From contig JBAYIR010000001.1 of NCBI GenBank assembly GCA_041665505.1, positions 147,108-211,107 on the forward strand: a stretch of DNA of 64,000 bases, written 5' to 3'. This document shows positions 1 to 9,230 of this stretch, piece after piece (position 1 is the first letter of the stretch; every line of letters starts with the position of its first letter). This stretch comes from Patescibacteria group bacterium. Lineage in GTDB: Bacteria; Patescibacteriota; Patescibacteriia; UBA1558; GWA2-36-10. Under the pieces are notes generated by a model that was not told where the DNA came from, searched no databases, and saw only the letters and a program-made list of their open reading frames with translations. Position numbers and translations under genes: made by a program.

Positions 1-2552
1 CACATGATAGTTGTCGTTTTGTTCCAGATTGGAAGTTTGAATGGGGAACTAACGATAGCTTATTAAGTTTAAACGGAGATTATATTGGTGAGCACAATGC
101 CACTGGTTGGTCCGATTTTGATTCTTTGACAGATGTAAATGGTCAGGCACAAGTAGAATTAAATTTAGAGGAATTACCAGGCAGGCTCTGGTTTAGAGAA
201 GTATTACCTACTGCTGACTATTTGCCATTTTCTTTTCCTCCAGGAAGTGCTCCCGGCAATAATGTCAGTGCTGAATTTTGGTGTAATAATGATGTTGTAA
301 ATTATGACAACGCTGAATGGATTGATGTCAGTGAAGACAATACATATTATTGTGTAGCTTTCAATGTTAATCTTTCAGAACAAGAGGAATGTTCTATAAA
401 AGATAGTCTTATTGTTAATGGTAGTTTTGAAGAGCCAGTAGTCACAAATAGTGATTTGTGGCAAAAAATGGGTTCAGTGCTAGCTTGGGTAATTGAAAAA
501 GTATCTGATAATTCAGCTACTACCTTAGAGCTTCACAAAGGTTGGAGTGGCAACGTAGCCTCTGATGGCTTACAATATTCCGAGCTTGATGGCGACCACT
601 CAACACGTGTCACGCAAAATGTAGCCACAGAAGCTGGCGCTCAATATAAATTATTTTGGTCATTTGCTCCTCGTCATGATGTTATAGCCGTTGGGGACAA
701 TCATCTTGCAGTAAAAGTAGATGGTAGTCAGGTAGCTACCAATGGTCCAGCTACTGGTAGTGCCCCTCTGGCTCAAAGTGATTGGACAAAGTCTAATTAT
801 ATATTTACTGCCAGTAGTACCAATACAGAAATAGCTTTTGAAGACATTGGTCCAAGCAATAGCTATGGTACTTATCTTGATGATGTCCGTTTGTGTAAGA
901 TAAAAGATGTAGAACCAACTCCAGCAGCTCCATGGTGCAGTGCTTTACTTGGTGCATTTAAAGCTTATTATGATGCCAACTCATCAGTTTATGGAATTTA
1001 TAATAATGTAATTGATTTAAATAATGATCAAGTAGTTGATTTATCAGATTTATCATTAGTAACTTCAATGCATTCTGAAGCTGATGATGATGTTTGTTAC
1101 GCTGAATTTGAAAATCCGACCAGTGAAACAAGAGAATTTTATTTTTCATGTGAAGATTCAAATGTCGGTTGGTGTAATGGTCTAGTACAAGGTGTTACAG
1201 ATTTTTATGGCCAGAATTATACAAATAATGATTTTGCGCCTAGATATGATTTAAATAATGATGGTGTAATCAATCTAAGTGATTTAGGTTTAGTGACAAC
1301 ACTTAATGCTAATAATGATCAAGTAGCTTGTTATTCATATTATGTGCCACCATTTTTGATGTGTCCTGATGAAAAACCATATTGTGGTGATGGAGTGGTC
1401 AATCAAGAAACAGAACAATGTGATGACGGTAATTTAGAAAATGGTGACGGTTGTAGCGCTAGTTGTCAAAATGAATATGATCCAAAACCATATTGTGGTG
1501 ATGGTGTTGTCAACCAAGAAATAGAACAATGTGATGGTAATGCTTCACAATCTTGTACTACCGTAGCTGGCTATGCTGGCACACAAAACTGTAATCTGCC
1601 TTCAGATGACGTTAAATTACAAAGTGTAGAACAAAGATATTGTGTCTGGAATTCATGTGTGACTGAAGAGCTCTGTGGTGACGGTATTCAAAATGGTCTA
1701 GAGCAGTGTGATGATGGTCCAAATGGGTCTAGCACTTGTAGTACTCAATGTGAAGTAATTCCAGAACCACCATGTGTGACTAACTGCGGTGGCGGCGGCG
1801 GTGGAGGAGGAGGGGGATCTTCTTTCTCTATTAAAGATTTAACATCAAATATTAGTTGTCAGGCTTCCAATATATCATGGAAAACAAGCAGATCTTCTGA
1901 TACTATGTTGGAGTTAGGCACGGAGAGCGGTGTTTATACTCAACATATAGATGAAAATGATAATACTTTAAATCATACTGTATCTTTAAAAAATTTATTA
2001 CCAAACACTACTTATTATTATAAAATAAGAGCTATTAATGGTTCTAGAGAATTAACAACTGTTGAGAAGACATTTAAAACTCCTCCAGTTGAACAGTGTG
2101 AAGAAGTTTTAGGTGAAAAGATTGAAGGCGAACCATTAATTTGCGATTTCTTAAGACCAAGTGGTTCTCATGGTGAAGATTCAGATCTACATGGTAGAAT
2201 GGAGTATTCAGATGGATCACTGTTGAGAGATGCTTGTGATCATAAAATGTCTGTTTATTTGATCAAAGACCAAAAGAAATGGCATGTACCTACTTGGCAA
2301 TATTTACATGATAATCACTTTGGTCAGAGGATTTACAATGTTCTGACTACAGTTTTAGACAAATTCCCAGATTGGGGTAAAGTTCTTGGTGTAAAAGAAT
2401 ATGCTGATGGTACATTACTACGCGGTCCAGATTTCAAAATTTATGTTTTAGAAAATGGTCATAAACAACATATTAAGAATTTAGAAGAATTAGCTAAATA
2501 TGCTGGACGAGAGATTATAAACGTTAGTGACGAAGTTATAAATAGATACTAA
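1..2552 (+). CDS. Large secreted/surface repeat protein, 5'-partial. Carries dockerin-like Ca-binding repeats, Myxococcus-type cysteine-rich repeats, a Gly11 run and an FN3-like segment.
   Basis: The frame is open from position 3 to the stop at 2550-2552; the ORF track begins at TTG 126 but no stop lies upstream, so the N-terminus is probably outside the window. Three DLNND(Q/G)V(V/I)(D/N)LSDL(S/G)LV repeats are present. Four CGDGxxNQ/EQCDDGN...GCS..C repeats are present. An 11-Gly run is encoded by GGCGGCGGCGGTGGAGGAGGAGGG at about 1787-1815. A rho-independent terminator follows the gene. Confidence 0.6.
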   Translation, partial: HDSCRFVPDWKFEWGTNDSLLSLNGDYIGEHNATGWSDFDSLTDVNGQAQVELNLEELPGRLWFREVLPTADYLPFSFPPGSAPGNNVSAEFWCNNDVVNYDNAEWIDVSEDNTYYCVAFNVNLSEQEECSIKDSLIVNGSFEEPVVTNSDLWQKMGSVLAWVIEKVSDNSATTLELHKGWSGNVASDGLQYSELDGDHSTRVTQNVATEAGAQYKLFWSFAPRHDVIAVGDNHLAVKVDGSQVATNGPATGSAPLAQSDWTKSNYIFTASSTNTEIAFEDIGPSNSYGTYLDDVRLCKIKDVEPTPAAPWCSALLGAFKAYYDANSSVYGIYNNVIDLNNDQVVDLSDLSLVTSMHSEADDDVCYAEFENPTSETREFYFSCEDSNVGWCNGLVQGVTDFYGQNYTNNDFAPRYDLNNDGVINLSDLGLVTTLNANNDQVACYSYYVPPFLMCPDEKPYCGDGVVNQETEQCDDGNLENGDGCSASCQNEYDPKPYCGDGVVNQEIEQCDGNASQSCTTVAGYAGTQNCNLPSDDVKLQSVEQRYCVWNSCVTEELCGDGIQNGLEQCDDGPNGSSTCSTQCEVIPEPPCVTNCGGGGGGGGGGSSFSIKDLTSNISCQASNISWKTSRSSDTMLELGTESGVYTQHIDENDNTLNHTVSLKNLLPNTTYYYKIRAINGSRELTTVEKTFKTPPVEQCEEVLGEKIEGEPLICDFLRPSGSHGEDSDLHGRMEYSDGSLLRDACDHKMSVYLIKDQKKWHVPTWQYLHDNHFGQRIYNVLTTVLDKFPDWGKVLGVKEYADGTLLRGPDFKIYVLENGHKQHIKNLEELAKYAGREIINVSDEVINRY

Positions 2553-2569
2553 TAAATATATTTTTATCG

Positions 2570-2600
2570 CCGCCCCCGCATTGTGCGGGGGCGGTTTTTG
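2570..2600 (+). terminator. Intrinsic terminator after the surface-protein gene
   Basis: An 11 bp GC-rich stem (CCGCCCCCGCA/TGCGGGGGCGG) with a 3-nt loop is followed by TTTTT. Confidence 0.75.
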
Positions 2601-2618
2601 TTTTATAATGTCTTTACT

Positions 2619-3476
2619 ATGCCAGAATTACCAGAAGTAGAAACAATCAGGCGAGGCTTAAGTGACAAAATTCTCAATAAAAAGATTGTCAGCGTGGAGA
2701 TAAAAAAACCCAAATTATTGAGAAATAAAGTGGCTAAGTTCAAGTCGCTTATTGATAAAAATAGTATTTTATCTATTGATAGAGTAGGCAAGCTTTTGAT
2801 ATTCAATTTGGCAGATAATAATTTTTTGTTGATTCATCTTAAGATGACTGGTCAATTGATCTATTCATTTAAAGATAATTTAATAGCTGGTGGACATAAT
2901 TTTCCAGCTACTACTGAACTACCCAATAAATATTCTCATATTATTTTTAATTTTATAGATGGTTCAACTTTATTTTTTAATGACATGCGGCAATTCGGTT
3001 ATTTGCAGATAGTGGATAATTTGGGGCAAGAATCAGCCAGAGCTAGATTTGGTTTAGAGCCAGGTAGAGCTGATTTTACCTGGAAAAATTTTAGGAGTAT
3101 AATAAAAAGTAAGAAAGGATTACTAAAAGTTTTGCTTTTGAATCAGCAGATTATAGCTGGAATTGGTAATATTTATGCCGATGAAATATGCTTTAGAGCC
3201 AAAGTATTACCTAGTCGCTCTGTAGATAGTTTATCGGATGATGAAATAAAAAAGCTTTATCAAGCCTGCCAAGTTATTATTAAAAAAGCTATAGACAAAA
3301 GAGGCACTACTTTTAGTGATTATCGGGATGCAGACAACAAAAAGGGGAATTTTGTCAGCTATCTCAAAGTCTATGGTCGTCAAAATCAGTTATGTTTAAT
3401 TTGTAAAAATACCAAGATTAAAAAAATAAAAATCGCTAGTCGGGGGACACATTTTTGTCCTAGTTGTCAAAAATAG
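2619..3476 (+). CDS. mutM: Formamidopyrimidine-DNA glycosylase (Fpg/MutM)
   Basis: The protein begins MPELPEVETIRRGL, the canonical Fpg N-terminus, and ends with a CxxC...CxxC zinc finger (CLICK...CPSCQK). The ORF-track start at 2583 is replaced by the ATG at 2619. Confidence 0.9.
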   Translation: MPELPEVETIRRGLSDKILNKKIVSVEIKKPKLLRNKVAKFKSLIDKNSILSIDRVGKLLIFNLADNNFLLIHLKMTGQLIYSFKDNLIAGGHNFPATTELPNKYSHIIFNFIDGSTLFFNDMRQFGYLQIVDNLGQESARARFGLEPGRADFTWKNFRSIIKSKKGLLKVLLLNQQIIAGIGNIYADEICFRAKVLPSRSVDSLSDDEIKKLYQACQVIIKKAIDKRGTTFSDYRDADNKKGNFVSYLKVYGRQNQLCLICKNTKIKKIKIASRGTHFCPSCQK

Positions 3477-3518
3477 TTTATTATTACTAATACTTAATAA
3501 AAATTAATTTTTAAGGGG

Positions 3519-4169
3519 ATGAAAAAAATAAAATTTTATGACATTTTTTCTCTGCTGATAATTTTTTCTGTAGCTGTATCAGCTTATTATTTTAATGGCT
3601 TATTGCCAGATATAGTGATTACTCACTGGGGTTATAATGGTCAGCCTGATGGCTGGGGGGATAAAAGTGTTTTGGTGGTTTTTGTGCCATTTTTAATTAT
3701 TGGTCTTTATCTTTTATTTAGATTTTTGCCAAAGATGGATCCCAAAAAAGAAAATTATCTGAGATTTGACTCAGCTTATCATGCTTTTAAATTGTTGATG
3801 GTAGCTTTTTTAGCTATAGTTTATTTTATTTCTATTTATAGTAATCTTGGCTATCAAATACCTATTTCTGATACTATGACTTGGTTGATGGGTACTTTGT
3901 TTATTGTGATTGGATTTTTGATAAAAAATGTCAAGCAAAATTGGTTTATGGGTATTCGCACGCCTTGGACATTATCAAATGAAGAGGTTTGGAAAAAGAC
4001 TCATTTACTAGCTCAAAAAGTTTTTGTGGTAGGTGGTCTGTTTTTTGTCTTTATGCCTTATGCTTCCCCTAGCTATGTACCGATAATTTTTATCTTTGTC
4101 TTGGTGATGATTATTGGTCTTAGCTATGGCTATTCATATTGGCTGTATAGAAAATTAGAGAAAAAATAG
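3519..4169 (+). CDS. SdpI/DUF1648-family membrane protein
   Basis: HWGYNGQPDGWGDK is a DUF1648-like motif and GIRTPWTLSNEEVWKKTH is an SdpI-like motif. The protein is polytopic and hydrophobic. Confidence 0.55.
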   Translation: MKKIKFYDIFSLLIIFSVAVSAYYFNGLLPDIVITHWGYNGQPDGWGDKSVLVVFVPFLIIGLYLLFRFLPKMDPKKENYLRFDSAYHAFKLLMVAFLAIVYFISIYSNLGYQIPISDTMTWLMGTLFIVIGFLIKNVKQNWFMGIRTPWTLSNEEVWKKTHLLAQKVFVVGGLFFVFMPYASPSYVPIIFIFVLVMIIGLSYGYSYWLYRKLEKK

Positions 4170-4251
4170 GGGATTGTTGGGTAATATAGATTTTTCCCGC
4201 CAGAGGCGGACAGGTAGCTAATATTAGATAAAATTTGTTGGTATTTATATA

Positions 4252-4280
4252 TTGACAAATTTTTTGTTATATGATATAAT
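4252..4280 (+). promoter_or_regulatory. Sigma-70-type promoter (TTGACA-17-TATAAT) driving the GC-rich cassette 1 ORF
   Basis: TTGACA lies at 4252-4257, followed by a 17-nt AT-rich spacer and TATAAT at 4275-4280. A 10-bp perfect hairpin in the 5' UTR (TGACCAATAC/GTATTGGTCA) lies at 4329-4354. The RBS GGAGGA sits 7 nt upstream of the ATG at 4409. Confidence 0.55.
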
Positions 4281-4408
4281 AATACGTTCACTACTAAGGT
4301 GGGCTAATTGTGTCTTGTGACCAATACGCCTTAGTATTGGTCATTGAAATAGAGTTTAGTCGAAACACACGCAAGAGAGTCACTCGATAGAGAAGAAGGA
4401 GGAAAGTC

Positions 4409-6622
4409 ATGTATTTGGACAACCAGCAAAGGCTGGGAGAGTTCGGACTCTACCTGGGAGACACCTGGGGATGGGTCTGGCCGGAAATGATCCTGCCCAT
4501 CTTCGCCGTGGCAATTCTGCTCGGCTGGTGGATGGCAGCACTTCGTGTCAAACGTTTGGGAACGGCTGCCTTCAAAGGACAGGGCGGCTTCTGGAACTTC
4601 GCCATCAAGCGGGCGGCTGGTTTGGTCGCCACTGGACTGTTCGGGCTCATCATCCTGGTCAGTGTCCAGTACTTCGGTCAGGAGCGAGTAGCCAAGCACC
4701 ACGACCTGTGGGCTTGGCAAATCAAGGAATTCATCCCCATGCTCAAGGGTGTGGCAGTCGGGGAAGACTCGACTGTTGTCGCGCTTGAAGCCGAGAAGTA
4801 CTACGTCGTTGGCGATGATGAAGAAATTCCCGAGGGCTACTCGCGTGAGTCCTGGGAGAAGTTCATCAATCGGCCGGTTGGTGCCATTGAAGGCACCTTG
4901 GGTCGGCATACCCAGCCTAGGACCTTTGGCAAGGAAAGGGTATATAGGGGTGGTCACCCGCGTTGGTGGGTGGATCCTATCTCCTTGTTTATCCTGCTGT
5001 TGCTCTTGACACAAGTCTTGGGCAAAAGTGGTAAGATTTGGCTCTTCGGTCGCTACATTTGGGGCGTGGTGGTGGTACTGTATCTGATACTGTACCTGAC
5101 ACTCCGTCCTTGGCTCCAAGGTCAGGTGGATTTTTGGAGCCTCACACTGGTCATAAATTTGCTCCAGCTGTGTGTGGTGGCTTTGGTACTGCCTCTGGCC
5201 TGCAGGAAGTTGGTGTGGATGTTGAAGAACAGGCAATGCGTGGTTACTATTGATCCGATCGAAAAGCAGCCCATGGCCTACACTGGGCAGATGTTTTTCG
5301 GTCTGGGGATTGGTACATTTATTGCCTTCACCAGCATTTTCTTCGTGCTCTTGCTTTTTCCTGCAGACATCATCAAGTTGGGTGGGTCCATCCGGACGCG
5401 CTTGATTTACTTGGTGCTGCAGGTGCTTGCCACTGGAGCTTTCTTCTTCTTGACCCAACTGGAGCGGGTTAAGCAGAAGATTATGATTGAGATTCCTCGG
5501 CGTGTCAGTTTGATCGCTGGTGGGATCTTGAGCATCCTGGCTTTTGCCTTGCCGGGTGTCTGGCTTTTCCTGTTCTTGCTGATTTTGATGATCTTGGTTT
5601 ATGAGCTTGGTGCTAATTATCAAGTGCCGATTGCTCATAAGCTGGTTATTGAAATCTTCAAGAAGGATCGCTATGATCCCTGGATTTTCCTCTGGCAGAA
5701 AGAGACCAACCGTATGGCCTCAACATATGGTTGTCTCAAGACTATGTTGAGGGAGGGGCTTCACATTACGCTGGTGGCGATGTGGGCTCCGTGGCTTAGG
5801 GTGTTTGTTTTCGTCGAGGAAATCCTCGAAGTTAACAAATACAAAGTGGATGAGCCTTTGGCTACCAGCAGTGTGCCCTGTAAATTCGAAACCGACGACC
5901 AAGGTCGTTTGATTGAGATTCTGACGGATGGGGAGGGTGTTTCTACTGGGCCGCCAGTGGAGTTTTTCGTGAGTCAACGCTTTGGGATGTACCACGATCC
6001 ACGGCTCTTCCTGCGTCTGTCGCTGGAAGATAGGCGTGATCCAACGGGGCTTCTGAAGCGCGATACTCAGAACCACTTGGCTCGTCTGACGCGCAAGCTT
6101 GGTATGAACCAAGCACTGATCGGAAGTTACTACACTTCCGAGGCCCATTTCTTCTTCTTTGACGGTCCGGGCACAGAGCCTATGACTTTTCCGCAGCTCC
6201 TGCGTCGTGGCTCTATGCGAGTTGTTGGTTTCTTGGAGATGAGCACAGAGCTTTCCGACGGCAATCCTCCTCCCGGCCTTGAGGCTTCCCAGATCGAGCT
6301 GGAGAAAGCTAAGATCGATCTGGAGACCGAGCGGTTGAGAGCGGAGATGGCTGTCATCAAGAAGAAGGCTGAAGGCACTGGCGCCAAGGAGATGATCGAA
6401 GAGATCGAAAAGGCTCTTCAGAAGGGAGCCTCTGCTTTGGCGGCGTCTGAATGGCTCCAGGTCATGGAGCTGGTCAAGAGTGATGCCGTCAAGTGGTTAC
6501 TGCCTTCTGGTCTGATTGACCGCTTGGGCGGTCTGGGTGATGTAGCTCGGCGGCTTGGGGTTAGTGCTCCGACGACGCCAGCTGCTCCGACCTCACCGCC
6601 GGCTCCGCCGGCTGGCGACTAA
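4409..6622 (+). CDS. Hypothetical polytopic membrane protein (about 9 TM helices) with a C-terminal coiled-coil soluble domain and a Pro/Ala-rich tail, in high-GC cassette 1
   Basis: The 737-aa ORF is about 55-60% GC by eye against a roughly 30% background. It has a strong RBS, and a hairpin plus T-run terminator lies downstream. Multiple hydrophobic helices are present, for example ILPIFAVAILLGWWMAAL and SLIAGGILSILAFALPGVWLFLFLLILMILV. The C-terminal region reads ...IELEKAKIDLETERLRAEMAVIKKKAEG... No family is recognised. Confidence 0.6.
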   Translation: MYLDNQQRLGEFGLYLGDTWGWVWPEMILPIFAVAILLGWWMAALRVKRLGTAAFKGQGGFWNFAIKRAAGLVATGLFGLIILVSVQYFGQERVAKHHDLWAWQIKEFIPMLKGVAVGEDSTVVALEAEKYYVVGDDEEIPEGYSRESWEKFINRPVGAIEGTLGRHTQPRTFGKERVYRGGHPRWWVDPISLFILLLLLTQVLGKSGKIWLFGRYIWGVVVVLYLILYLTLRPWLQGQVDFWSLTLVINLLQLCVVALVLPLACRKLVWMLKNRQCVVTIDPIEKQPMAYTGQMFFGLGIGTFIAFTSIFFVLLLFPADIIKLGGSIRTRLIYLVLQVLATGAFFFLTQLERVKQKIMIEIPRRVSLIAGGILSILAFALPGVWLFLFLLILMILVYELGANYQVPIAHKLVIEIFKKDRYDPWIFLWQKETNRMASTYGCLKTMLREGLHITLVAMWAPWLRVFVFVEEILEVNKYKVDEPLATSSVPCKFETDDQGRLIEILTDGEGVSTGPPVEFFVSQRFGMYHDPRLFLRLSLEDRRDPTGLLKRDTQNHLARLTRKLGMNQALIGSYYTSEAHFFFFDGPGTEPMTFPQLLRRGSMRVVGFLEMSTELSDGNPPPGLEASQIELEKAKIDLETERLRAEMAVIKKKAEGTGAKEMIEEIEKALQKGASALAASEWLQVMELVKSDAVKWLLPSGLIDRLGGLGDVARRLGVSAPTTPAAPTSPPAPPAGD

Positions 6623-6652
6623 ACATACTTCCCTCTCAGAGGGGAAACAACA

Positions 6653-6688
6653 CCGGGACGTTTGAAAGGGCGTCCCGGTTTTCTATTT
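6653..6688 (+). terminator. Intrinsic terminator of cassette 1
   Basis: An 8-bp stem CCGGGACG/CGTCCCGG with a 10-nt loop is followed by TTTTCTATTT. A small hairpin CCCTC-tca-GAGGG precedes it. Confidence 0.7.
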
Positions 6689-6711
6689 GCTAAAATCTGG
6701 ACTTATATTTA

Positions 6712-6745
6712 TCAATCAAAAAATCCGCTAGTTTAGCGGATTTAA
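6712..6745 (-). terminator. Intrinsic terminator of dus (overlaps its stop codon)
   Basis: On the minus strand, the hairpin AATCCGCTA-aac-TAGCGGATT is followed by TTTTTTG. The stop TAG lies inside the stem. Confidence 0.6.
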
Positions 6746-7714
6746 TATTTTCTCTACATCATCAGGATTGCTTACAGTCACTAGTTGTTTTCTTAGTTCA
6801 CTAGCATCAGGTCGGCCTTTGACATAAAATAATAAATGTTTTCTCATTTCTATAAAAGCTCTTTCATTTTTTGATTGCCATAGCAAGTGAGCGTGCCTGA
6901 TAGCTGTTTCTTTGATAGTCGGCCAAGTGACTTCTTGGTAGCTGCCTGTGTCAATATAGTCTCTTATCTGCTTAAAGAGCCAAGGACGACCGTATAGAGC
7001 CCGAGATAGGGCTATACCATCAGCTTGAGTATATTTAAGGTCTGTTACTACTGACTCTATAGTCTGAAAAGAGCCATTGATAAGATATATAGACTGGGGG
7101 AAAGTGGTTTTAAATTTTTGACCAGCCTCACGCAACATTTCCAAATCCACTGGACCAGTAAAAGGTACTTCGTAGCTTCGGCCATGCAGTATCAAAGCAG
7201 CTAGTGGCAAATCTGATAGAGCATCTATAAAATCAAAAATAGTAATGTCACCAGAGTCAGGCTGACCTTGAGTTTTTCGCAGGCTAATTCTAGTTTTGAC
7301 TGATACAGGTATATCTACAGCTTCTATAGTTTTGGTGACAATGTCTCTGACAGTTTTCATATCTCTCAGTAGACAAATACCCCCACCGTGGCCAGCTACT
7401 TTTTTGGCGGGGCAACCAAAATTTATATCAATACCAGCTACGCCAGTTTTGGCGACAATTTTAGCGGCCTGAGGGTAGAGATCTGCTTGTTTGCCAAATA
7501 TTTGGACTACTACTGGTTGTTCACTGGCTTGATACTCTAGCATCTGTATAGTTTTAGAACTAGCATGGCAAAGAGCATCCACCGAGACAAACTCAGTGTG
7601 GACTATGTCAGCTCCCCAAGACTTACATATTTGACGCCAAGCGCTATCAGTAATACCAGCCATAGGCGTCATAGATAGTATGGGTTTTTTTAGATTTTGC
7701 CAAAAGTTTTCCAT
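6728..7714 (-). CDS. dus: tRNA-dihydrouridine synthase (Dus family)
   Basis: MTPMAGITDSAWRQICKSWGADIVHTEFVSVDAL and the following FMN-binding TIM-barrel motifs are typical of DusB-like enzymes. Confidence 0.85.
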   Translation of the reverse strand: MENFWQNLKKPILSMTPMAGITDSAWRQICKSWGADIVHTEFVSVDALCHASSKTIQMLEYQASEQPVVVQIFGKQADLYPQAAKIVAKTGVAGIDINFGCPAKKVAGHGGGICLLRDMKTVRDIVTKTIEAVDIPVSVKTRISLRKTQGQPDSGDITIFDFIDALSDLPLAALILHGRSYEVPFTGPVDLEMLREAGQKFKTTFPQSIYLINGSFQTIESVVTDLKYTQADGIALSRALYGRPWLFKQIRDYIDTGSYQEVTWPTIKETAIRHAHLLWQSKNERAFIEMRKHLLFYVKGRPDASELRKQLVTVSNPDDVEKILNPLN

Positions 7715-7788
7715 TTGTATATTATAAATCCCATCCAGATTAATCTTTAGATGGGATAGTTATAGCAAAAATAATTGTTTTTATCAAA

Positions 7789-8712
7789 TCAGAGCCATTT
7801 TTTGTTGCGGAAAAATACTAAAAAGAACATAATAACAACCAAAATGAAACTCAACATAATATAAAAATCACCAGCTGAACCAATAAAAGGCATGTGTTTG
7901 GCGTTCATACCAAATATAGAAGATATCAAAGTAGCTGGAATCATCACTACAGATACTACAGTCAATGTCTTCATAATGTCATTTAAACGGTGAGATATTA
8001 GTGATTCATTGGTTTCTTGGAAAGTATTGATATTTTCTTTAAGGGTTTCCAAAATATCCCAAATGTCTTTAGTCCTATCTAAAATATTACTAAAGTAAAT
8101 ATTCATCATATCATGCATGAAAAATTTATTGTTGGCACTCATTAGTTTTTTGATGATAGTTTTATGCGCTTGCATAATACGACGAAAATCTACAATATTT
8201 CTTTTGGTATGGAGTATTTCTATTACTAGTTTTTTTTCTTCTCCTTTGAAAATTCTTTTTTCTATATCTTCAATTTCTTGAGTGATATGGTCTAGCATCG
8301 GCATGGTGTAGTTTTGCAAGCGGTGTAAAACTTCATAAAGTAAAAATACAGAATGGCCGTCCATCATAAATTTATCTCGGCTGTATTCATTGGTTTTTAG
8401 TTCATTGAAAAAGTTTTTTATAGTAGGTGTTCGGCCGTCAGATATGGTAATTAAGTATTTTGGTCCAATAAAAAAATCAACTTCACTAGATTCTATTTCC
8501 CGAGTCTCTCTATTGTAAGCGGGGAAAGTCAATATAAAAAATATATAGTGAGTATACTCACTGATTTGAGGCCTTTGGATTCTACCTAGGCAGTCTTCAA
8601 GATCTAGAGGATGAAAATCGTATTCTTTTTGTAGATATTCAATTTCTGCTCGGGTCGGTTTTTCGATATGCAACCAGAGTATTTTTTTTGTTTTTATTTT
8701 GTCTATTTTCAT
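7789..8712 (-). CDS. corA: Magnesium/cobalt transporter CorA
   Basis: The GMN signature (SIFGMNAKHMPF) is followed by two C-terminal TM helices. Confidence 0.85.
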   Translation of the reverse strand: MKIDKIKTKKILWLHIEKPTRAEIEYLQKEYDFHPLDLEDCLGRIQRPQISEYTHYIFFILTFPAYNRETREIESSEVDFFIGPKYLITISDGRTPTIKNFFNELKTNEYSRDKFMMDGHSVFLLYEVLHRLQNYTMPMLDHITQEIEDIEKRIFKGEEKKLVIEILHTKRNIVDFRRIMQAHKTIIKKLMSANNKFFMHDMMNIYFSNILDRTKDIWDILETLKENINTFQETNESLISHRLNDIMKTLTVVSVVMIPATLISSIFGMNAKHMPFIGSAGDFYIMLSFILVVIMFFLVFFRNKKWL

Positions 8713-8818
8713 TTTTTTATTTATCTTTATTATATTATAATACTTTTTTGTATCTTAGGCAAAAATAATTTTGGAAAAAAGATATAAATTATGTTATAAT
8801 TGTTTTACGCTTAATACT

Positions 8819-9226
8819 ATGAATAATCAATTTAGGCATAGAGCCTCAGCTAGCAAAGTAAATAATAATTGGAAAAGCCAAATTTGGAGCTCCAATATTT
8901 TTTCTATGTTACTGATAGTATTACTGATTATTTCTTTTGTGAAAGTGGGTAAAGAGATTATGCTGCGCTATGAGATAAAAAAGGAAATAAATACTCTAGA
9001 AGCACAATTACAAGATTTGGAAGCCAAGACATCTAAAATGGATAAGTTGATTTCTTATTTAAAAACAGATGAATATATTGAAAAGCAGGCTAGATTGGAG
9101 CTCAATCTTAGCAAACCAGGAGAAAAACAAATTAATTTGGTCAATTTAAATGACACAGCCAGCAGTGATTTGTCAGATGATCAAAGACCAAATGTAGAGA
9201 AATGGTTTAATTATTTTTTTAATTAA
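8819..9226 (+). CDS. ftsB: Septum formation initiator (FtsB/DivIC family)
   Basis: A single TM helix is followed by a coiled coil and the conserved YIEKQARLELNLSKPGEKQI motif. The ATG at 8819 is chosen over the TTG at 8771. A TATAAT at 8794-8799 lies just upstream. Confidence 0.55.
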   Translation: MNNQFRHRASASKVNNNWKSQIWSSNIFSMLLIVLLIISFVKVGKEIMLRYEIKKEINTLEAQLQDLEAKTSKMDKLISYLKTDEYIEKQARLELNLSKPGEKQINLVNLNDTASSDLSDDQRPNVEKWFNYFFN

Positions 9227-9230
9227 TTCT

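Noticed and set aside
958-2806. Short antisense ORFs 958-1161(-) and 2603-2806(-)
   Set aside because: They lie antisense inside well-supported genes (the surface protein and mutM). Their translations are low-complexity and AT-rich (K/N/L/I-rich) and they have no start context.
4170-4230. Hairpin CCGCC-aga-GGCGG downstream of the SdpI-like gene as its terminator
   Set aside because: The T-run precedes rather than follows the stem on the plus strand, and there is no U-tract on the minus strand either. It may be a remnant or boundary structure of cassette 1 rather than a functional terminator.
4331-5638. A 435-aa ORF on the minus strand, antisense to the cassette-1 membrane protein, plus several 60-105-aa ORFs on both strands at 4450-6387
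   Set aside because: These are typical stop-codon-poor artefacts of a high-GC stretch. The translation is low-complexity (Q/H/P-rich), there is no RBS or promoter, and the ORF is fully antisense to a well-supported gene with an RBS, a promoter and a terminator.
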